NCBI GenBank assembly: GCA_964187785.1 | Contig: OZ076409.1 | Coordinates: 35,900,001 to 35,964,000, forward strand | DNA length: 64,000 nucleotides | Source of the DNA: Amphiscolops sp. MND2022 | Taxonomy: Eukaryota | Direction: 5' to 3' | Shown here: one piece after another, positions 38,729 to 50,400 of the stretch | Position numbering within the stretch: position 1 is the first letter of the stretch | How the letters are laid out: every line of letters starts with the position of its first letter | Position numbers and translations under genes: made by a program | The notes under the pieces: generated by a model | Told to the model about the DNA's origin: nothing | Seen by the model: only the letters and a program-made list of their open reading frames with translations | Databases searched by the model: none

Positions 38729-39054
38729 TAATTATGCGGGAAAATGATTAAATAGATTTACGAGATGAACAAACTTAAATAATCTTGAGTTATGTTTGGT
38801 ATCATTGAAATTTTAAGTATTTTTAAACATAATGAACAACTTAAGAATTCCCAACGAGGGGGTGCCAAGGAACGGGCTCACCGGGTGTATTGATCTTTTG
38901 AAGAGAGCAGAGTCGTGGAACTTCAATTGCGGTCATTAGTTTCGTCTCATATCATTGAAAGTATTCACAAAAAGTGAGCAATCAAACTCACCGATTCATT
39001 GAATAATCAAAAGTCATTGAAGTCAATATAGTCATTGATGAAGTTTCATTGACA
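38729..39054 (-). repeat. 5' LTR of BEL element 1
   Basis: Starts TGTCAATG at 39054 and runs to just before the PBS. The inner ~90 bp has no clear match in the 3' LTR. Confidence 0.8.
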
Positions 39055-39259
39055 GAGCTGTAAATCAGTCATCCAATTTTAAGCTTTTCTATTGTTATTT
39101 TACTTCCCATATTTCATATTTCATAAGAAAAATATTTAAAACGTTTTTTTTACAAAATTTCCCTAACACCAATATTATATCCAAGCTAGAGTTTCACCCA
39201 TAGAAGTCAACTGACGTAAAATATATATCATGCGATATGTATTTGTAGAGATTTTTGGT

Positions 39260-41560
39260 TGACCTCAGAATGACCCAAAAAATGACAAAAATTGCAAATT
39301 TTTCCGATTTTTAACATTTCTGAAACTTTTGTCAAAAATGTTTTAATAAAAAAAATGCCTCAAATTGAGACCGAAATTGACAAATATTCCAAAAACATCC
39401 ATTTTAACGCTTTATGCCTTTTATGTTAATTTTTCGATAGACTTGCTGGCTTAGAATGTCTTTCAAGAAATAAATGCAATTGTTTTGATAAAATGCCCCA
39501 AAATCTCACAAAAATTGACAATTTTCAAAAATTCAGATTTTAAACGTTTTGATGTAATTTTCGAAAAACTTGGTGGCTTTGAATGTTGGTTTTTTCAACA
39601 AAGAAAGAATTTGTTGTCCGGGAGGCTTTTGTGAAGTAAACGCAATTTTTAAATGGGAAAAAAGTCCGAAGTGCAAACGAAATTGACAAAAATTCCAAAT
39701 TTACCGAGTTTCCACGATTTTGTTTAACTTTTGTCAGATTTTCAAGATATTGAGTGTTTCAGAACGGTGATACGTTCAACAACGAAAATGTTTGTTGTTC
39801 GGTGAGATACAGGCAGTTTCGTAAAATAAAATTGCCACATTGACCCCAAAATGGTCACAGAAATCTTTTTACAATTTAAGATTTTCTAACGCAATTTTCG
39901 TGAACTTTTCAAAGTGTTCATGCGTCTCTCTGAAACTGTTCGATAGAAATTTAGTTTGTTGTCCAGTAGGTTGTTTGAATGGATAAAAGCAGGTTTTTGA
40001 TGTAAATATGCTTTGATTTGACACCGAAAATGTCGAAAAGTCTAAACATTTTCAATTTATGTAGCTTTTCATGTCATTTGGGTACATTTTTGAACGTTTT
40101 TGTGAGTTAGAAGGTTCAAATGACGGAAAGCGAAAAAATAGGTATGTAGTATCCTTTTTCAATGAGAAAATTACCGTAATTCCTATCAAAGACACTTCAA
40201 AACAACCCTAGTTAATCGCAAAGTAGAAAAATTAAAATTTTGAAACGTTTTTGTGCAAAGTATCAAATTTAGGGAACGTTTCGACGGTTAGAATAGTGGA
40301 ATGTTTCAACAACGATTGCAGTTGACATCAGTTGGTTTCTGGTGGGGGTATTTGCTGATTTGTGTTTCGAAATTGTCCCAATATGACCCAGTAACCGAAA
40401 GTATCAAAATTTTGCAATTCTTGACTTTTAAGGGATTGTTTGTGAATTGTTTTGTGAGTAGACGGTCCTAAAGCTCCGGACGATTAATCAAGCTGTGCAG
40501 TACTCTTTCTGAGGAAAAACTGTAGTTTTCTTATTGATACATCTTCTCGGAACGACCGAGCTTCGTTGAAATTTTTGTAATTTCAATTGTTAGAAGAATG
40601 AATACATTCAACAGCAAGCAAACGCAATATGGAGTAAAGTTTTTGAATGTCAATTGCAACTTCATGTTGGAAAAAGGGCCTCAAATTGACCCCAAAATAG
40701 CCGAAAAGTTCAAAGTTTTCAGAATTTTTGTCAATGTAACGCCATTTTTTCGAAAGTTAGAAATATTTTGTGAATTACAACTTTAAAACGTTTCATCAAC
40801 ATTTTTGTACAGTAGCTTTTATGAAAAACAACGCCTCATTTCATCAGAAATATGCCTCAAGTTCACCCGGATGATTGAAAACAAAAAGTTTTCCTGTTTG
40901 TCGTTTTTCATGCAGTTTGTTAACGATATTTGAAGGTTTTTGTGGCTAAGAAGATTCGAAACACTCAAAAACGATCAAAATACCTATGCAGTATACCTTT
41001 TCGAAGAGAGAGTTGCAGTGATTTGCTTCAAAAACACTTCAAAATTACTCCGATGAGTTTGAAATGGAAAAAATCTAAATTCAACGTTTCTCATGTGTGA
41101 AGTTTCTGAATTTTTTGAGAAGTTTCCATCATTGGACGAATGAAAACGTTCAACAGCGATTAAATGCATTATCCAGTAGGCCTTTTGAAGGTCAACTGCA
41201 GTTTCTTGTTAGAAAAGCGTCGAAACAATCCCAAAATAGTAGGAAACATGAAATTTTGGCAGTATTTTGACAGTTTAGCGAATTTTTAATGAAAGTTACC
41301 GACACTTCGTAAAATTAGAAAACTCTAATTTTTTATTTAGGCATGCAGATTGTTTAAAAAATTACAATTTTGCTTGTGAAAAGTTCGTCAGAACGACTTG
41401 AAATAATAGAAAAATCAATTTCGTAATTCAATGATGACTGAACCCGGTATCCAATAGGCGTTTTTGAAAAGACATCTGCAGTTTTTCAGAAAAGTGCCTC
41501 AAATGACCAGAAAGTCGTCGAAAAATCAAAACTTTTCACCTTTTTAGTGACTTATCGTGC
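39260..41560. repeat. Highly degenerate tandem repeat, period ~175-180 bp
   Basis: Recurrent GCCTCAAATTGACCC.AAA.TG.C.AAAA-like motif near 39355, 39492, 39835, 40010, 40190, 40375, 40678, 40855, 41035 and 41497. Confidence 0.55.
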
Positions 41561-43933
41561 AAACTTTTAAAAAATTGGTTTTTTAGGTTCTGGTATCCAC
41601 ACCTAATAACACCAGGTCGACAAATAATAAATAGGTGTTTAGTGTTTTCTTGAAGTGTTTCCTGAAATGGAATGACATTATTCAGAAAGTTTCAATTTTT
41701 TCATCAAAATTCTATGCGTTTTCGTAGTGCAAAGGCTACTCTTGAGCCTCAAAAATATGTCGTTGCTAGAACAGTTTGGACGGAAAATATCCTGCTGGTC
41801 AGCGGTGGCGTCTTTTTACAGTGAATGATTTAAATGATTGAATAAAAGCATTTTTTGTTTGTTTCCACATCAGGATATTATATGTTAATGATCAGCCAAT
41901 TTAATTTCGATTCCCCACCTAATTGTTTCACCAATTATAAATAGTTCATTGATGTAGCATTCAGGAAAATGAATCGAAAAAATCGGGAGTGTAAAAACTT
42001 TCAAAAAAGTAGCTACCCGTGGACGGCCAGAGTTGGCGCCCGCTTCAGGCTCGAAGAGCGCAGTCTTTTTATGATGCTGAAAAGCAAATGCTCTTTCTCG
42101 CCTGAAATTGCGCAAATTACAGCTCTGTAGGACTTTTGAACTTTCTCCCAAATGAGACCAAAAGTCGACCTTTGATGATACTTTTGGTGTTGAATATGCA
42201 TTGAACAAGTACCGACGTTGGTTGTTCTTTAGCTTGTTAAGCAATGGAAAGCTGTCTGTCTTAGCGTGCTAGCGTCCAATTTTTTTGTTGTCTTATGACA
42301 GAAAATGAAGTACATCAATGCTGTTTGTGGATGCATGGATTTTGACTTCAGTCTACTGGGGCTTTTCTGGAGAAGAAAATTTACTGCGCATCATCAGAAA
42401 ATACCAAATTTACTTCTGTTTCTCTTCCAGCCTCTACAAATGACTCGGCATAAATCTGCTTGCTACAGACATGGAAAATATATCGTAATGGCATTTTTGA
42501 TGAAACCATTATACATGACAGCCTGACTGCAAAATGTAAAAAAAAACAGGAGCCATTTAAACAGGAAGTAAGAAAAGAAAGCGTGTGTCTTCAAACAGTT
42601 TTAACATGATTGTCCAAAAACAATAACCATGGTGTGTATAATTCAATACTGTTCATGCAGTGATGCAGAGACTTGTCGAAGAAATCAGCCCACACAAACA
42701 ATGCCGCTAATCTTTCATCGACTACGCTTTGCGAGGTTCTTCCTTAATTGCTTTCCTACATTGGAATACTGCAAAAAACTTGACTTGTTAACCATGATGT
42801 GACTGCATCTTGCGTAATGAGGGAAAAGAACTGACGGGCAGCTTTTTTTTATTTTCAATTCAAGCATCGTGCCTTGCAACACTGCAGTCATACCGCATTT
42901 TTCTTTCATAGATTCTTTAATACCCACCAAAACATGCGAGCTTATGTGAATTTGGGCCGGATGAATACGAAAAGTTAACAGCCTATAAACAACAACCAAG
43001 ACAAAATTCCCTATTTTCTTTATTCCCTTCCCAGACTGTATACGTCATCTAGCAGCGCATGTTGTTCATTTTATATTATACAGTGTATGGTGTATATTGC
43101 TCTTCTCCGTTTTCACTTTCTGCTCCGTGTTACTTTGATTCTGCGGAGAGTCCCCAAGGAGTCAAAGAGATAACCAGTCTCCAGTTCCTTTAATTTGGCT
43201 GGAATTCATACTATTCATACTGTATATGCATATTCAGTGCATGCTGGCCTGTAGCTTTCTACTACGAGACGAAATTCAAATAGAAATTCACCGAATACAC
43301 TTGTAACATTCCATGCAGTACTGCTTTCGTCTCTCATGTCACTGTACGATATTCCCCTAATTCTATACTACTGCGTACGTTACTCTATCCCTCTGTCTTG
43401 CGTGAATAAGCGTAGGAATATATCTCTATATGCGATAGAGTTTATCCCGCTTGCTGTTAATTCCGTTTTGTCGGTCACTTGGGATAGCCTCGCCGAATGT
43501 AATCTGCGCAAAAATTAAAGCGCCTTTTACTATTACTGTCGTACATCATAAACTATTTCGAATAGACAAAAAACGGGAAAACACCCGTTTGTCATCTTGT
43601 CTCGAAATTGTTGCCCAGAATAACATAATTTGTATGAAAATGAAGAGCACTTCTTGTTATTTGTATTGGAGAAACTGAATACGTGTAATAATTTAAATGA
43701 ATAAACTTATTAATTCATGGATTATTAGAAATGCGAGCTGATTAAGTTCCCGTTGCGTCAATCAAGCTAATGGAGATAGCTGCTGGTTGTATCTAGAAAT
43801 GTCAGAGATACAAATGTACGAATGGTGAAAATTATGAGATAGTGTAGTTTGGACACCACCGTCTTATGTATCGTTTTGTTTATTCGACCAAATTTCTTCA
43901 TGTCTCCTAGCCATACATTCTCTCTCATTAGTA

Positions 43934-44092
43934 ATGAAATTCATTCAAAATGTCTCATGTCTCTTTACTTTTGCAGACCACTAGTGACAGAGTAATGATG
44001 CAGATGTAATGAGTCATTACATCTGCATCATTACTCTGTCACTAGTGGTCTGCAAAAGTAAAGAGACATGAGACATTTTGAATGAATTTCAT
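43934..44092. repeat. Perfect palindrome, 79-bp arms with a 1-nt spacer
   Basis: 43934-44012 is the exact reverse complement of 44014-44092, centred on G44013. Confidence 0.97.
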
Positions 44093-44424
44093 CTCAAGAT
44101 AATTAAAAGCAGCCAAGAATTGCTGTTTTTTATAACAAAAAAGACAACAGTTTTGGAAATTGGGTTCCTTGAAATTTAGTTTAGTTTTCAGTGCTGTTTC
44201 TTTGAAACCCTTAGCACAAATATAAAAATAAAAACAGCGTTGTAATTTACCCGAAATGTCGAAAAACTTTTTGTTTGTAAATTTAAAATAAACTTTTTTG
44301 GGTTTTTGGCTTTATTAGCTTGAGAAGACTGGCATCTTGTCTATTGTCTAATTACATCTCCATAGCTTGGCACGTTTACTGTTCAGTATACAGCTGACAG
44401 GCTACTTATTTACCGTATAACAAG

Positions 44425-47400
44425 ATGGCATCTCCGGTTTTGTGGCTGATCAGTATCGTCTCAATCGCCTGTTTGGTCTGCAACAGCAAAGCTTCTGAAA
44501 CATTTTCGTCAGAGTGAGTACTCGATTTCATTATGACACCATCACAAGCATCTACTTGAAAAACATCTCATGATTTTCTACATTATTAGGCTTTTTGCTG
44601 TGCAATAAAAACCTTTTTTGTGAGAAATCTTGAAACATGGTCATCGAATTTTTTCGAATTTCATCAAGCAAAATGGAAAAGCGCTGGTCGCAACGGGAAG
44701 CCAAGCAAAACTTGTACGAAGTTTTTTAAGTGCTGTTCTCTAACTTTTAATTTCAACACTCATTTCGAAAACTTGAACCTTGAAATGCAAGCAGTTTTGC
44801 AAAAGGTAAATGAGCCCTCTTTATTTTCTTCTGCATTGTGCGACTTTTTTCCAAACGTTTTTCATTCCACCTAAGGATCCCCTTTCAACTTTCTTGATGT
44901 TTTTAGCATTTTTTTCGAGTCTCAAGGGTGCCCTTTCAGGAATTTTTTGCAACTGTAAGTAAAATTGATAATAGTTTTCACAATCATTAATACTTAGCAT
45001 CTTTTGATGACTACTCTTTTTGAGCCTTCAGCGGGGCGCCAAGGACATGTTTTTTCCACGTTGAATATAATGGCGAATGAAGACAGCATTCATAAGAACA
45101 ATTAAGTGGTAATTTTTTCTCTTTTAGTTTGCTTCAATTTAGCTCTCTTGAGATAGTTCGCAACGGTATATTTTAATTTTTTACGCTAAACCATCGTTCA
45201 CTCCTTATAAATCCCTAGGTATTTGATTCAAATTTAGACAGATGAAACTACCGCTTGTAAATTGTGTCTTCTAATCCTAACCAATTTAGCGCCCATAGAA
45301 TTTCGAGAGTCAAAGGAAATTTTATTTACATCTGAAGACACTCCGAGGAAATTGCGAACAAAACTCAGAAAGTGATTAGGAGTTAATTCCCCATAGAATC
45401 TGGGATTGAAGCCTTCTCCTGGGTGACCTCATTTCCTACTTTGAGCTCGGAGAACACCAATTTTCTTTCAAATCTCCCAACTGTTTGGATGTGCTAATTT
45501 TATTGCAACTTTGCAGAATAGGTGATCCGAGAATAGTCAAGTTTTGCATCAAATTTGAAGGGCTTTATAAAATGGGACTGGTTTAAAACAACTGAAGAAC
45601 CTTTTCCTTGTGGATAATTAGTATTGTTTGATAAAAGTCACCCGGAAAAATTTCAAAAACAATCAAAACATCAATTAGTGTTGTTAGATAAAAATCAATT
45701 GATAAATATCAATGATAAAAATCAAGATAATTATCAAGCTCAGTTTTCATTATCACTGATTAAAATCAAATACGACGCTTGCAGGCCTGACCGGGTCTAG
45801 CTCAATTAGACGAACGCTCAACTAACCGATTGATCCATTGGAAGGCTATCAGCTGTTTCTATAATTTCATTGGTTTATTCAACTTCGCTGACATGCCGTA
45901 TTTCTTCGAATACAGGCCGCGGCTTGTAAGTTTTTTTCCGTTGTGATTTCGCAGCCTATATTCGAAGAAATGCGGTAAGCTATGGCTTTTAGGATCAAAT
46001 TTTCAGCCTTAATGCGGCTTCTAATGGGGGGCGGCCTATATTCGGGGGCGACTTCTATTCGAAGAAATACGATACTCCGATTACGTAATCATTACCAGCA
46101 GTGAGCGGAACTGTTATAGGAATGCGGTAGCCGTGATTTTAACCTAACAGGTTTATAGCCGCTTGTGATTTTACCCGATTCTTTGATCGCTCTTTAATGT
46201 TCGGCTATATTCCACGCCACCTAGGGATGCTCGCAAAATTGTTCAACTGCACAGTCGTCTAACTGAGCGGGCGTTCAATTGCACGGTACCCAGACCTGAT
46301 CAAGTTTACGTAATCTGAGCGTCGGAGAGTGTGTTCACAAAGCGGGAAAACTTTGTTTTCTGTTTCAAAGTTCTGAATGACTAACGAAGTTTGTTGATTT
46401 TGTCATTGACTTACGTATAATTCAATTGTTTCTGCCTGACCCTATTTTTATCGGATTTTTTTGATAATTATCCGATTTTTATCAAAAAAAATCGGCTATT
46501 TTTGATTTTTTAAATAAAATCAAGATTTTTAACAACACTAACATCAATACATTTTCGTTCAATTTGAATCGTGTTCTCAATGACGAAATTCCTCTAGTTG
46601 ATACAGAGACTTTTGCCTTACCACAATTCCTTATGTGTAGGAAGAGCAAGTATCCTTCCTTCTGTCTTTACAACATTCACCTATATGACATTAACTTCTA
46701 AAAAGTTCTAGCTACATCAAGATTGACAAACACTGATTTTTGTAACCAATCAAAGACTAAAAATATTTTGTCACGATCAAAAAGTATACTTTCGGATGGC
46801 ACTTTTAAAACATCACCTCAATCATTCAAACGAAGAGATTTTGAGATTTGCTTTATGTTACTTCAAAAATCACTACTGTAGTCCTATAAGCAGACCAGCT
46901 AGTAAGGAGAGCAACAAAAAAAACAATTTCCACAGTAAATTAATACCTTTACCAATCAGAACTGAGTCTACTACTAACTAGCAAAATAAATCAAACATTT
47001 CAAGAAACAGCAGCAATCCCGCCATGGCACATTGCTGACATTGCCGTCCTAATGATGACTTTTAGGGCGACTTAGTCATTCAAGTTTTGGTATTTTTCTT
47101 TTTCAAACGTGGCTCCCCTTCCGAAACCCTTGGAAAATCTTTTTTTTGGAAAATCTAGCTTCCTCAATTTATTCAGTTTCCTACGTCACTTCCAACCTCG
47201 TTTCCATTTCTCACGTTTACTAGTCGTACGAATAATAATCGGACGGTTGAAAGTAATCTTGAAGTTTGGAGGTTAATTTCCGAAAGTCCAAAAAACGCTA
47301 GTTTACAATTCAGGGACAACTGGAAAATACTTTCTTGCACGGATTTTCTTGGAAAAAAATCGCATGTTTTCAAACTTAATAATGATGAAGTGTAGCCTGG

Positions 47401-50400
47401 CTAGAATTGAATTACCCAGAATCGAAAAGCGATGGGTAATTATATAGAACTGAAATATTTCGTCAAATTTTGATGAGTCGAAAGCGAATTCATTTTCTGT
47501 CGAGTATATAAATCTGGTAATTGAACGTCTTGTAAACGAATCGGAAAATTGCATGTGCGTGGTTTTAATGATCACGGCCTTTGTTCTGATTTCTTATCAT
47601 TATGCTAGGTTTGGAAATAACGCCTAACTAACCTACTAAATGTCCATTTAAACTGCCAACCATCAGCCAGTACACTGTGTACCCCTATTTCTGTACATCT
47701 TTGAACGTAACAAGAATGGAACGTCCTTCTACATTCACAGCATGTTTATGTTCAATTAAAAAGTACATAAGATGTACTTCATCTAAATGTAAAGACTAAT
47801 TGAAGGTGCACAACTCAATCGAAGTTCATCAGTTTCGAGACAATCAACAATCACAACCATCGAGAAAGAGGTTATGGCTGTTCTGGTAGTCAAACTACAG
47901 TGGAATGCTGAAACACGTACTGAGCAGTACGAGAAAGGCATTCGAGGTATCTTTAACAAAGTACCTACTGCATCACCCTTCGGACACCTTATACCTATCA
48001 CTGAAGTTGAACGTGGGTGCACCAACCATCATGTGCTCACCAAAAACTCCCTAAACGCTTTGGAAGCCATCACAGTCAGGAAGATTCATTTTTCGCAGCT
48101 AATCCGTTTCCCGTCAAACCATCTCCTCTAATTCCGGTGATTTAGTTATTATTCTGAGGTCTTTACAGACGGAAGACACCCTGCCCTGCAGTAGATTTGC
48201 TCATTTCGACGGAACTCCCAAATTTCTTCCGAAAGTTTTTCAGTGTATTTGGCAGACCAGAAAAGATAAACAAGGACCTTTAATCTTAACACGCTCAATT
48301 TGTGAAAAAGTTCACCTAAGCTACTGGAACTGTTACCGGATTTTCAGGCTACTTATTGTAAACACCGCAGTTCAGAACTGACAGCAAATTGACCTCAATA
48401 AGAAATTCTCTCACACAAAAAAGCGGCTCATTCGAAACTGGAATAGAGAATCCTGCAGCTGCAATCTTAACGGAAACATTTGAATACCACTGACTTTCTC
48501 AAAATGATATTGAACACCGCGAAGAACTTACCTAATTCGCTGATTTTTTGCTTTGCCATGAAGCTGAAATAAAATGCTTGATTCCAATTGAAACGTTTTC
48601 TGTATGACGTAATCTCCGTGAATGTTTTTCGAAATCCGTTTTTCTCTCCACACAGTGAGACTTTTGGAAACTCTGTGCATTTTCGAAAGTTTTTCGTTTC
48701 TTGCCTCACCCGTTTTATGTCCCCTTTTGTCCGGAAACGAAAATATTGGGTTCCATAGTTCGTCCAGAAACTGGCAAAGACATAGATTCTATTTTGAGCC
48801 CAATAAAAACGATCAATGACAGCAATACTCGGTCATTATTTTTAAAATAGTTTTTATGCAATTCAAACACCTTCTGAATAAAAATATTGATTCCTCATAA
48901 CAATGAGAGGTTGATTAACAGTTCCCAAGTTTTGTTACATGAGAACCCATGAGAACTCATCCCAAATTTTTGTTACGTTCGATACCGTCGATGAGGGTTT
49001 GAAAATAACGACTTTGGGAGATTTTAATCGGCGCTTTTCGAATTTTCGAAGAGAAGATTGACTATAGCAGTGGTTTTCTGAAGACGAGCGAATTGACAGA
49101 TTTCTGTAAGCTATGCTTATTGCACATGGCGAAGTCAATGTGCATTGCAGTCCAGCTAAGTAAGTTTTTTTTCCACAATAGCCAACTTCATAATGAGCGC
49201 CTTTTAGACAAAAGCCAAAACCCCAGAGAGATTCGAACCTGCAGCCTCCCGATTGCACGGCATAAGTGTTGACCACTGTGCCATAGGGACGTTATTGAAC
49301 AAAGTTGAACTGTTGAATATATACGCATGCGATTAAAATAATATATATACGCATATTAAAATAATCGATGTCTTCGTCATGTGTTGCGAAGCACCGCTTC
49401 GCCTCTGTGTAATAGTAACAGTTATCTTAGTAACTTCTAACTGCCATTTGGTTCAGAGGTTAACTCGGTTTTCTGAGAAGGTCTGAGAACCAGAATGCGA
49501 CGGTTCGAGTCTCGCTCTGAGCCGATTTTTTTATGCTTGCAAAAGTAGGAGACCCTAGGGTTTTTTCGGCCCTTTAGATTTTTGGGCACTATGCGACTTT
49601 TTCAATGTTTTTAAACCAAAGTGCCCCCTCTTGATTTTTATCAAATCTTTTTACAAACGTAGAAGGCCACCTTTTGTTTTTTTCAGCACAATGCGATTTA
49701 CCAAATTTTGTTTGAACTTGTTTCACAATTTTTGTTTTTTTTAAGGTTGTCTGTGAAGAACAACCTTTTCCGAATCCTAAAGATGATCTCTTTGATTATT
49801 TCTCCGCCCTGTGGAACTGATGAAGGTTTTTTCAATAACTGGAAAAACCAGTTTCCTATGAAAAAACCTTGTGTTTTTCGGCATTGTGCAGCTATTTCTC
49901 CGAAGAAAAATGCGATTGGTCAAATTTTTACCCCTTACTTTTGAAAAAAATTTTGGCTGGGCAAAAATGTTTTAATGATCTTAGAGGGTCTCTTTTCGAG
50001 TTTTTCATGTGACTCTTCGTTTCTGAATTTTGCAAAACCGAAACCTCCTTTGATTTTTATTGGTAACGAAGCTTTGTGGAAGCATGGGGGTATTTGAAAA
50101 AGTTGAAAAACAATTCAAAAAATTTTTGTCGAAAAGTTATTCGAACTTTTTGTTTTTGGTTTTCTGTGAAAGAAATTTTTCTCCGAGTCTTGAGGGTGAC
50201 CTGTTTATTGTTTTTAGGAGTCGGAAAATATTTTCGACAACATTCACTCGTGTCATTTTTTTCTCCCAGGGGCCCCTTCACCTGTCAATGAAAATTTCAA
50301 ATTTCTCGAAAACTGTCCAAACGATTATTATAAAATTTTGCACCGTCATTTTACACCCAAAGGGGCCCCTGCCTGCGCAAAGGCATCAAAATCTTATGAC

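Larger units (their letters stand above)
33026..39054 (-). mobile_element. BEL/Pao LTR retrotransposon, near full length, decayed
   Basis: Gag with three Cys/His knuckles (CYNCLSQNHLLKDC), protease DSGS, RT FYMDDF, Pao RNase H (LHIFCDAS, TIPKL), integrase (GIDYCGP, SDNGTNF, GGVWERL, LTPSHFL), and matching LTRs. Confidence 0.95.

Noticed and set aside
45517..45585. Extra exon of the Shisa-like gene after TTGCAG
   Set aside because: No convincing phase-compatible donor; exon 1 already joins 54434 in phase.
47783..48131. Overlapping 80-85 aa ORFs in the intron
   Set aside because: No recognisable motif or splice context; cannot be supported.
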